Origin: Chara braunii
Taxonomy: Eukaryota > Plantae > Charophyceae
Direction of reading: 5' to 3'
Length of the DNA: 64,000 nucleotides
Assembly (NCBI GenBank): GCA_003427395.1
Contig: BFEA01000035.1
Span: 3,805,139-3,869,138 of the forward strand
Under the pieces are notes generated by a model, which was not told the origin of the DNA, did not search any database, and was given only the letters and a program-made list of their open reading frames with translations. Shown here piece by piece: positions 37,172-48,591 of the stretch. Numbering within the stretch: position 1 is the stretch's first letter; each line of letters starts with the position of its first letter. Both the position numbers and the translations under genes were made by a program.

Positions 37172-39642
37172 CTTTTTTATTTTTTTTATTTTTTAAATGC
37201 TCCATCCAATGCTAGTGGTGCTGGTAAGAGCAGACACCGCTAGCACCTGAGGAGAGGTTCCATCAATTGGTGGGGAGCATCACCTGATGGAAACAGGTCC
37301 AGCGTCCCATATACATAATGAACTGGAGGATAACTAGACAAGAGTCTTGAGAGGTACCTGCCAGCATGGATTACTCTGGAACACAAAGGAGTGACTGAGC
37401 AGGTTAATAGAGAAAGTGAGATAACCTCTTCGCCCTGTGTCAGGCGCCAGATATCTACTATTACAACCTAATTTCTCCCTCCCCTAGACCTTTACTTATT
37501 CCTACTTCTGACCAAACCATTGTAATTCTACTATTGTTGTGGTTGTCTAGGGAAACATGTCTGGGAATTTATCGGAGCTCTTCATCGGAATGTTGGGCTC
37601 GATCTATAGCCAATCATGAAACCTGAGTTTGTAATCCTTATCGAGGATGCCACCTTCCTTCTTGTCCGCATTTTCCCTAGGCCATTCGATCTTGCGCTAT
37701 CCTGCCACCTCTTTCGCCGCCCAGCCAATCTACATAAAATGTTTGAATTTCATTGGTAATATCTGTTTTTTGTGTGAGGTGTTCCATTTTTTCCTGAATC
37801 CTTTTCCATTGCACCCTTACCTCTGTTTCAATAAATTGCCAAACTATGTCAGCCACTTCCCCATCCCCCATCCTGACTCCTTCCTGGTCGAATACACACC
37901 TCTTGCCCATAGCGTTCATACCACCATTTTTCTGGTAGTGGAAAAAAGGTTATTGGCAAAGCGAGATGCCTGTGGCCTCCTCCAATCTCCTAACAAGATT
38001 GCTTCTCATTTCCATGGTCATTCCTCATCAGTGCCTAGTTGTGACCAAATGCGGTCCCATCATCGCGACATTAGAACAACCCCTGAGCATTGGAGGAAGA
38101 TGTGTTCTAGTGTCTTACATATTTTGCGACTCAGGAACCCCCCATAACAGGATTTGCACCATGGAAGGGCCTACCCCCTCTGTTTCATGTTCGTTCTGTC
38201 GATGATCCATTTGTTTGTGGGAATACATCTATGCCTGTTTTTTCTCTGTAGGGAGGTAAATTTTGTCGGTCTCTCCTTTACCCTTTTGAACCACTGCCGA
38301 CCTCTAACTTGATCGTCACTTAAGTTTAGGTGTCTCTTCCACCTGTCCCCTAGCCCTGCCCGAACATCTACCATGGATCTGATCATTCTGTAGGTGGTCC
38401 CTACTGATAATTTAGCAAGTTGCACTGGTTGCCCAGTTCGGCCCCTCTCCCATTGTCATTCGAGCGAGTCCAGAGCTAGGCAGGAAATGGGGACTTCCGG
38501 TCGGTAAGCTCGCAATTGGGTCCTCCCCTCCTTGTGACTTTGTAGCACCCGGATCCGATATCATGATAGGTTGTTTTTTTCATCATGATGCCACTGGACT
38601 GACAGTATCTAACTAAGGTGTCATCCCCTCTTTTCTCAAATAAATTGATCATCGCTCCTTTCAGCCTGGTCTCCATTACTGCGTCTATTTGCAAGGGGAA
38701 TTCATTTACCCTCATAACCACCCAATCTTGTTCATGTAATAACGGTCCCTTCCTCAGGATTACGACCCAAGCTACGGGTATCGAAAATATTAGTTGTTCT
38801 AGTACGTTGCAAGCGTGGCGTAGGCAGGGCCTTAGTTATTGAGTTGACTTCCAATCATTGGTTACCTCATCCCATATGTCCCCCACCCGAAGAATCCCCT
38901 ATCTGACCCAAGCAGCCCAACGGGAGTCCGAGCTGCAGAAGAGCCGACCTTGCCTGTCCGTAATTGCATTGTTCCCAAACACGGGTTGGCGTAGGATTTC
39001 CCCAATTCGTTCGGGGGGCGGTCTATCAGAGATTGGCAACATCCTCCAGTTGGTGAAGAGGTTGGCCCAAAACTTGTTCCTTGCCAGATCTCGTCCCGCT
39101 GCTCCTCTGTCCCCTTCTGCTCGTGAGTGCGAGTTGGCTCGAGCCATATGAGCGGGTCCACTCTATGTTCGGTTGTTGGTGCAAGTCTACAAATTTGTTC
39201 TCTAGCCAGATCTGGCCATGAGGATTTTAATCCCACAATTAATATTTTAATACATTCGATTGATAAAGCCGTGGCTTGTAGAGAGGGGTCCAACAAGCCC
39301 AATCCTCGCCTGGTTTTAGGCTGGATCATCGTATCCCAAGCCACCCGGTTAATCACAATTTGTAGCTCTTGGTTCCCTCGCCAAAGAAAGCAAGTGTTTT
39401 TTTAGGGGCCTAACACTACTTTTACGAAGATGTCAAATAACCACTTTACACCAGATTAATGCCAACACTACATTGTTGATATCAGCACCCTTCCAAAAGT
39501 AGAGGTGTTTTTGTTTCTCCATTTCTGCATTTTTTGCAGCGTTGCCCTAGTAATTCATTTGTTTTTGCTTATTAATGGTCCTTGAGCAGAGAGTGTCATC
39601 CCCAGGACTCAGATCTCTTCCTCTAGGGGTCTCCAGTCCACT
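37172..39642 (-). mobile_element. 5'-truncated LINE (LINE-C): ORF2 C-terminal half, 3' UTR and poly(A)
   Basis: INRVAWDTMIQPKTRRGLGLLDP; KFTSLQRKNRHRCIPTNKWIID; conserved 3' motif; T-rich tract at 37172-37195. Confidence 0.85.
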
Positions 39643-42600
39643 TTGGGCGCGAGAGGCGAGCGTCAATTGTGAGAAAGAACGCTCTAGGAAGTGAGATTAT
39701 CCCGTTAGAAGAAGTGTTAGAGGCAAGCGTGCTCTGGACGATTGGCTTTTGTCTCCCTCATAGTTTCTGAGGCAGGAAAGGAAGGAACTAAACCTCGGCT
39801 GATGTCATCCAAAGCAGAGAGGGGTACTCGAGGATGTGGGAAAAATTGATTGTGCCAGCTTGCTGCTTCCTGAGAGTGCATGTATACCCACTGCAAGTCT
39901 CTTGTCAGTCCCTGTACCCTTGTGCCCAACTATTCGAACGGGGTTTAATGTTTTATTCGACAAGAAGTCGAGAGAGGGAGAATACCATGCTTGGGAGTAC
40001 AGTTAGCTTCAACTGGTTACGCGACTCGAGTCATAGTGGGAGTCGAGTGTTAACAAAAGCATGTATGCCAAGGTAAGATCATGGGCGTTATAGGTTTGTG
40101 TATCCATAGATCAACAGTGACAGTGAAGATGTTGTCATCGGTCGTCAGGTTCCTTTCCTCTTCGGCAAGCCGTCATTACTTAGTATGAGATAATTACGGC
40201 TTTGGTAGGGGACAACTAGTGGCCAACTCGCCTTGACCATCCAATCTTCAAGGCAATGTCGGACAACCAGGTGGCCTTGCTTTCCTGGCTAATTCCATTG
40301 ACCCAGTCAAGGGTCTGACTCTGGTTGACCGTGACCTGAAGGAGACTACCTAGGGCGTGAATGCCTTTGCCACCTCGATCTTCGATCCTGGTTCAAGTTC
40401 GAGAGCAACTGAATTGACCGAACTAGTTTTCGGTCCGTTTTGTGTCGTACTCGGGTCGGCCAATGATCGTTACAGCGGTGAACGAAAGGCGGTGAAGGTT
40501 TGGCAAAGAAGGGGGCTCAACGGATGATGTGAAGAACGATATAACTAATGCAGATAAGAAACCTGACTTTTTTTTTGCTGTTATTTTTGGATCTCTCCAC
40601 TTGCCTTGTCTACGCCTAATTGGAGTCGATTGCTTGCTAAATTCTATAACCCAATTTGATGAACATGTTGTGTGGAAGTTATGATTCTGCCAGCCCGGTA
40701 AGCTGGTCCGATCAGTTTTGTTGAAGTCACTCAATAAGCACCAGCAGTGGTAAAGTCGCCATAGCTCGACTAAATGAGTCTTGACTATCCACCAGCGGAA
40801 TTGACAAAATCTCAACTCGATGATGCTTTAATCGTTGGTAACTTGGTAGGTTCACTGTTTGAGGCAAGATAAACGAGAGTGCTATAATGATTTCACTTTC
40901 TTCTCTGATCGATGGGGAAAAAAATGGCTTCACTAAAGAGAATTGCTTACCTCCTTGCTAAGTTCCTCATCAACGGTGATTGATTGGTTCTGCTAAAACA
41001 ATTTTGACTTGTAAGTGATTTGAACTGACCACTCATACCGTGCTGAGAATAGAAGGGAGGGAACATGACTCATTCCTTCATGGTTATATAAGTGCATATA
41101 CATACATGTATATGTTTGTACATATGAAAACTTTCGTCAGTACAAAAATCAAAGTGGAAAGGGGGACGAGTACCAAGACTCCACTAGCTAGACAGACATG
41201 CTGCTATTGACAAATGGTTTGTAATTTCACGAAAGCCCTTTTCAGAACGAACCCCTACAATGTTCCTCATTATTAACGATCTTTGGGTCCTGTCACGTAT
41301 AGGGCATGGGCAACAAGTCGACCCGTTATCATCCCGCACACTGCGCACAGTACGCTGACAAAGACTGTTAGCAAAACCCCTGCGCTATGCATGAGTTTTA
41401 CAATCAAGATTCTCAAGTTGAATTTTGGTCAAGGTTGCGATTACTTCTGTCAGCATATAATAACTGCAAGCGACAGGGTCAAGTGACACTTTCGGCTTTC
41501 GCCATGCTATGAGTGGGAAAAGGGACTATGATCGGTATCATTCGTGGCATTACGAGATAAAACAGCGCCAGTGTCAATCTGTTAACTTGGTCTAGGAAAA
41601 CGGGTTCCCAGTAATTGCTCGTACTCGTTGGAAATTAATTGAAGAATGCTCGTGTAACATTTCCATGTTTACTCTGCTTATTCGATTGCTGCTCATTTGC
41701 CCAATCGATTACCCAAGGCTCAGCCCCGCTCGGCAATGTGCAAGGGCACACGCAGTTATGTTCAGTGGGGCTAAGCAGTGAGAGTCTAATCAATAAGTTG
41801 CCTGCAACGAGGGATTGGCGATGAACCAACTATATTGACACCGTCACTGGCGACAGTCTAGGGTAAGTTGAGGGAGTCTACCCCGAGGTTCAAAGGACTT
41901 AGGACGAATACCACCCTACTCTAATCTGCAGGGTCTAAGGGCAGAGTGATTTAGGATGAGAGAAATGGTAGGTAAAGACCTTCTCTCGGTCTCATGTACT
42001 CTTTACCGAGAGAAAGTGGAAGGTTGGGAAGATAATGTCGTTGATAACGTCCAGGGTTGCATAAGACTAATGAGAAAACAGGCACTGAGAATAGTAAAAG
42101 CCTAGGAACTCATTGAGTACGTTGTATACTTCTATGAGTTTGATGAAAAATTACACAGCACGTTCTCATCACTTGAGACCGTTGATCGAGCAAAAAAAAG
42201 TTGTCAGTGATTTGTAATGGGTCTATCATAGCGGTCGTAGCTCAGTTCAGCTTGATCCCCTTGTCTCGGCATCCCTTGGCAATCAGATGAGGGAGTGAGC
42301 ACTCAGCGTCATCAAGAGACAAATTGCTAGCTAAATACCGAGTGCATTGTCAAAAATTGAGGGGAGAAGTAACCAGTACGACTCACCCCTATTTGAGACA
42401 GTTAAATAGGCCAAAGAGAGCGTCAGAAAGTCGACAGTGAAAATGTCATTCTTGTGAAAACTCGATTCAGTCAATTATCAGTCAACAAGTACCCCTTCTT
42501 GACTCATAGTTTTCTTGGTGTTCAGACGCCCAGTGATCAATACTCGGCGGATTAGTGTCTCTGTATGTAATTGGTGAAAGTATTCAAACATCATCCAAAC

Positions 42601-43874
42601 AACATTCAAGCAACATTCAACCTGTTCTCGACAACGTTCATTTGTCCAAGTTACACAAGATTACTAGCCTGAGTCAAACGGTAATCAGTCATTTTTTTTG
42701 TCTTGCTCTAAAGGTCAGTTCTGTTCAGGCAGTTTTCCTACTCAGAGAAAATTGTGCCTGTTCTGACACTCAGCAACAACACATGAGTACAGTTCAGTCA
42801 TTCCTCGTCGGTGAGTCAGTTTTAACCAGTCTCAACAGGATCTCTTCTAAGGATGCCTTCCAATACCAATATGTCAGCGCCATTGGCTTCAGGCGAAGTG
42901 ATCTGTCAGTCTATGCTGTCCTCACTAAGTTTGCAGGCGGAACCATTCACGACCTAAGACTCTATGTGAAAAAGGGAAAGGAGGCTCATGAACACTTCGA
43001 TTCTGTTTGGCTCGCAGCGGCAAGGTATTTTGAGAAGAGGGAAGGAGAACTTGACGAGAGTGGTACGGAGCTGATCCGCAGCTTTGGGCCGAAGCTCTAT
43101 ACAGACTATCCTAAGCCTCTAGTTCCTTTTATTCTCATTGTCGGTTCTTACTGGGGTGACATGGTGGAGCTGGTCAAGAGGTACATTTCACCTGCAGTGA
43201 TCGATTATCAGGCAGTGATTGAACCATCAGACTTCCCGCATCTCGACCGAGAGGTTTTTTCTCGACCATATCTTCCCACACTCTGGGAGAAGTTTTGTGC
43301 TATGGCCGATTTTCGTATCATGGGACTTGGATGGAAGTGCGCGGAACTAGCAGGTTTCAGGTGACTCTACATTTAGTGGCCACAATCTCAAAGAGTACGG
43401 AGACATGGTTCAAGGCACAAGAAGCGCATAACAAAATGAGAGATTGAGTATGAGATTCTAAGGGATGAGTGAGGACTCTCGACTGGTGCTGGTCATGCTT
43501 CCTACATATGTACTTGCTAAGACTATTATGAGTTTTCATTCTTCCCTCATTTAACTTTGTCATTGCCTGAGTCAGTCAGTCTTGCTTTTTTGCTTTGCCT
43601 TGCTTGATGATTGCATTATCTGATGATTCTGCCACAGTTCTCAAAATCAGTAGACTAGAAAATTGATGCATGCATGGCACACCAGCATTTTATGGTTATT
43701 ATCTGTATGATTCCTTGCTGTTCCGAATCAAAATAAAAGATTCCTAAGAACGGGAATCGGCGAAGACTGCAATTGAAGGGTCTCGCTCGAAGCCGGACGC
43801 ACACAACAGGAAGGAATTTACTGTAATTAATTTATTTTATTTATTGCAAACATCATCCAAAACCCTGCGTGACA
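39643..43874 (+). repeat. 5' LTR, left-truncated, ending CCCTGCGTGACA
   Basis: Colinear with 59505-63737. Similarity starts abruptly at the junction with LINE-C. Confidence 0.9.
42783..43439 (+). pseudogene. LTR-encoded accessory ORF (consensus about 218 aa), domain copy 1
   Basis: ATG at 42783; open to 43364 here. The two downstream stops correspond to TGG and CAG in the 3' LTR copy. Homologous to four domains at 44.9-46.6 kb. Confidence 0.65.
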
Positions 43875-44838
43875 GCCTGCCCGAGCCCATGTTGGGGTGG
43901 GTGCCACGTTGTAAGCTTCTGGCCACTGCGGCGCGCCATCTGTCCGAAAGCATGGATATGTGTCCGCGTGTCTTCCTGTACTTGNNNNNNNNNNNNNNNN
44001 NNNNNNNNNNNNNNNNNNNNNNNNNNNNNNNNNNNNNNNNNNNNNNNNNNNNNNNNNNNNNNNNNNNNNNNNNNNNNNNNNNNNNNNNNNNNNNNNNNNN
44101 NNNNNNNNNNNNNNNNNNNNNNNNNNNNNNNNNNNNNNNNNNNNNNNNNNNNNNNNNNNNNNNNNNNNNNNNNNNNNNNNNNNNNNNNNNNNNNNNNNNN
44201 NNNNNNNNNNNNNNNNNNNNNNNNNNNNNNNNNNNNNNNNNNNNNNNNNNNNNNNNNNNNNNNNNNNNNNNNNNNNNNNNNNNNNNNNNNNNNNNNNNNN
44301 NNNNNNNNNNNNNNNNNNNNNNNNNNNNNNNNNNNNNNNNNNNNNNNNNNNNNNNNNNNNNNNNNNNNNNNNNNNNNNNNNNNNNNNNNNNNNNNNNNNN
44401 NNNNNNNNNNNNNNNNNNNNNNNNNNNNNNNNNNNNNNNNNNNNNNNNNNNNNNNNNNNNNNNNNNNNNNNNNNNNNNNNNNNNNNNNNNNNNNNNNNNN
44501 NNNNNNNNNNNNNNNNNNNNNNNNNNNNNNNNNNCTTTCTTTCATGATGAAAACAAAATTCTGAATCTTCTCATTCTGTAGATAAAAGTTTGCTCAAGCA
44601 AGTATTCAATCAATTTAACGGAAGATTTTAGTTAGCATTCTTGATAAAGTTTCTGAGCTCCTCACTTTTTATTTCCCTCCCTAATGTTTCAAGGACATGA
44701 TAAACTCATAAGGCATACTTGAGATCAAGCCTAATTTTCTCCAATCGGTAATATCAATCCCCTTCTCCAGTCCAGTGTGGTACCTCACACAAGGAAAGAT
44801 AAGACTCAGTTAGCAACTTAGGCTTTTTCAAAAGAATA

Positions 44839-47354
44839 ATGACTCAAGAAAAATTGCAAAATCGGTCTGGAAAATTCTGAAATTGTCAACAGTTCTCAAA
44901 GCCTAATCAAAACTATTTGCTGACCCAGGCTCGCTCCGAAACTAACTATTAAAGGGATATTCCCCTATCAGTATGAGCATTGTTGGGTCTATCGTTCTGG
45001 CAATTCGGCGATCACCGTAGTGCTGACTCGCTTCTTGGAGGGAGATATCTATGATATCCGCCCTTATGTCAAAAAGAGAGACTGTGACGATGGTGAGGCG
45101 TTTAACTGGTTATGGGGAATTGCAATCCAATCTCTTTATGATGAGAAGACAGATTTAATCAAGTAGAAGAAGAGGGTGGAATGGGGTCTAATGCAAGTAA
45201 CGTATGAGACTGTTACAATTCCTCCTATTCTTGACAGCTGTTGTGATGGGACTAATTCGCTGCCAATTTTCAGTATGGTACTGAAATGAGAAAGATGAAC
45301 TGGCGGTCATGAGATCTAAAGAGACTTCGGCAGAATAAATCATACAGAGAAGGTCGAAATTTGACAGAGGTTTAGACCCAAGCCAAAAGAAGGTCGAGTG
45401 CCTCCTGAAATCACTGAATGCTCTAAGTAAGAGGGAGGTGTTCTCATATGAGGTTGTCAGATATGAGATGGTCGAGAGTGGATGAGAGCAGGAACGATTA
45501 TATGTAATGACATTTTATTTCATAGACCTGGATACGTATGATGTGAGAATTTATGTCCCAAAAGAAAGAAGTACTGACGCAGTGTATGGAAGATGCTGGG
45601 GATTCGCTGAGGAGATTGTACTGAAAGAGAGAGAGAGAGAGACTTGAGAGGGAAAATAATGTCTCATTGGATCTACTCGATTTACTGTCTTTGGGATTTC
45701 CAACTCCTCCCTTACCTGATATTAACTTGTCAAGAAATAATTGGTTTGCAGTGGTTGAGTTTGCACTAAAGGTGGAAAGAGACCAAAGAACCAAATGAGT
45801 CGGCGCTATGTACCTTCAAGAGAGAAGCCCTGACTTAGACTGGTAAGAGAACATGAGGGGTTGAGTAAGGTTGAATGAGATAAACTATTAAATGCCCTCA
45901 ATTCTATAACGAGGAGAGTCGTAATTCCCTATGAGATCTTGAGGTATGAGGCTCTAAAGAATCCAGGGCGAGAGCAGGACAGTGTGTATGTTCTTACCTG
46001 TTATTTTATTGATCTTGATGAGTATGATATTGAGATTTATGTGCCGAGACAAAGATTTGAAGAGTGTAAAAAAGGTGCGTGCTGGCAGCGAGCATCGGAC
46101 ATTGTGCATGATGAAAAAAATAGGTTAGAACGAGAAGGAGAAACTTCAGCACCTATGTCAGACCTTTCATTAGGATACCATCTCCTCTTGTTGAAGGGCT
46201 TACCTTTTCAAAGGACAATTGGTCAGCCATGATAAATTTTGTATGGAAGGTGAAGAGGGTCCAAGAAGAATACTCTCAGTAGCAAGAATAACTATTGTGA
46301 GAGACAAACTTTATGAGGTAACAGGGTACGATAATCCCTTTGTAATCCTGAGGCATGAGACTTGCGGGAGAGGACATATAACGTTTTATATTCTTGTGGT
46401 TAAATTCCTGAACTCTGACAGTCTGGACGTGAGGGTTTACTCCTCAGCCTGCTTAGAGGAGGAAGTTGACTATTTGGAGTGTTTAAAAGGGGCGCGTATC
46501 AGTCTTGAACGAACAAAAGAGTGGCTAGAGAAGTTAAGAAGAAAAGTGACATGGGGTGTGAGAGTAAGTTAGTTTGAGAGACTCCCTGAGTTCTCAATTG
46601 CTGATGGATTTGAAGACAGTAGAGATTGGATGCCTCTGCTGGAGACTATTGTTGAGGTTGGTAAAGCAAGAGAGAAAGACTCTACTATGATGATAAAATC
46701 CCTGTTTTTGAGTACCTTCGAGCATAGGTTCAAAATTCATGATTATGTCCAACCTGAGATCTACCTTTCAGATGTTGTTTATGATGGTTAACAATGCCCG
46801 GTTTGGTTGAACCACTAACATTTGAGATTGTGTTGGAAGGAAGAATAGTCAAGGTAGAAGGGACTCTTCAGATCTCTGACAGAAACCTCTCTACCTTGGA
46901 TGAGCTTGATTCTTGCAACCTTTCCTTGATCAAATGAGAGATTCTGCCCTGAGAGCTGTCACTGACCAGAGTGAGATCAACTATTTATTAAAGGTGGTGA
47001 AAGTGGGGACAACTGAGAGAGTATCATACCATTCCTCTAGGGAACGAGTTTCTCTTGCTCAACAACGGTGTCAACGGACAGTAAACAATGCAATGTGACT
47101 ATGAGACTATAGACTTGACGCGATACTTTATGATCCGGGGTACTGTAAGAGGATATAATAGCAGATTGAGTAGGGATGATGAAAGAAAGCTGATTGAGGA
47201 TTATATCAGAAGACTGAGAAGGATTGCATTTCCATTGATTACTACCCAGTTTATTATTGCCTATACGCTCTATATACAAAATTCTCAAGGGGTACAGCAA
47301 ACAAGGAAAGAGAGAAACGAACCTGTATCTCTTGCAAGAAGAGTAAGAGACTGA
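44839..47354 (+). pseudogene. Accessory coding region upstream of gag containing four tandem paralogous domains
   Basis: Translated segments at about 44951-45190, 45435-45690, 45920-46190 and 46330-46560 align with each other and with the LTR ORF. Interrupted by stops and frameshifts. Confidence 0.7.
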
Positions 47355-47414
47355 AAGAATAAGAAAAGGGAGGACAAAAGTGACAGATAGAGAAGAAAGC
47401 ACCAATCAGAATCT

Positions 47415-48590
47415 ATGGTCAAGATGGCAGGACGAGGGAGACCGAGTTCTTCTGCAGTGACTAATGAGGAGACTCTGGTAGGTATTATACGAGAACCGGT
47501 AGAGAGAGTTGATACTATAAACGGAGGGTCTGACAGAGGGCCTCAGGTAAATGATTTCTTGGATGAGTATGAATTATTTGGGTTCAGTTATGGCTGTACA
47601 GACAAGCAACGACTTAAGCACGTTCTATCTTATTGTGACACTGACTCGAGGTTGGTTGTTCAAGAGTTGATGGAAGAGGCTACTACATGGGAAGAGGTCA
47701 AGGAAAAAATGAAAAGAGAATTTGGGAAAGACTCTGTTCCAACTACTACCAAGGATCTCCTCAATATCAGAAGAGCTAAGTGTGACACTTTCAATATTTT
47801 TCTCCAGACCTTTATCAGAACGACCAGAAGAATTCCATACTTGGATGAGGCTCAGAGATGTTATATTTTCTTGACTAATTTTACTGATAATGAAAGACAG
47901 ACTGTTCTTAATCAAGCTCAACATTATCCTCTCAGATGGCATGAAATGGTTGCAATTGTCAGAACTCTACCTACGGTTTCTCACAAGAAATGGTCACTGG
48001 ATCAGATCAGTACATTAGCTAAAGACTAGGAGACTGAGAATGGTATGAACAGAGGGAACAATCTGAGTGCTGAAAATATTATTCAACGGGTTATGGCCAA
48101 CTATATGCCTGCCAATCATGCTGTGAATGAGAAAAGGAAGAAAAAGGCAGGAAGGGATGATGATGAGGATGATGATGATGATGATGATGAAAATTATGGT
48201 AAAAGAGGAGATTCTTCCAGATCCAGAAAAAATGGAGGGAATGGTAGAAAAAAGAACAGAGAGAAAAGGAAGAACGACGAGCGACCAAGGAAGAGTTTTG
48301 TTTGTTATTATTGTGGTGAAGGAGGTCACACTACCACTTACTGTAAGCCATTGGAAGATGATGTGAAGAGTGGGGTGACAAAGAAGGATGCAATGAGTCA
48401 TGTTTGTGATAGTTCATGGAACAAATTAGATCCCAGACATCCTCGAGGTATGCGACTTCTTGCCTTTAAGCATGATGAAAAAATGAAGAAAAAAAAGAAA
48501 ATAAAGACTAATGTGAATGTTCGTACTTTCATGGGCGAACTGCCTAAGAGACTCGTACAAGAAACTGATGATTCATTTGCCTTAATTTGA
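47415..48590 (+). pseudogene. gag: gag with CCHC zinc knuckle (one in-frame TAG at 48027)
   Basis: ORFs 47415-48029 and 48045-48590 are in the same frame. Capsid-like segment DFLDEYE...TWEEVKEKMKREF; knuckle CYYCGEGGHTTTYC. Confidence 0.85.
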
Positions 48591-48591
48591 G

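Noticed and set aside
48027-48029. In-frame TAG within gag as programmed readthrough
   Set aside because: The element has many decay stops consistent with C-to-T changes, so a single copy cannot support recoding.
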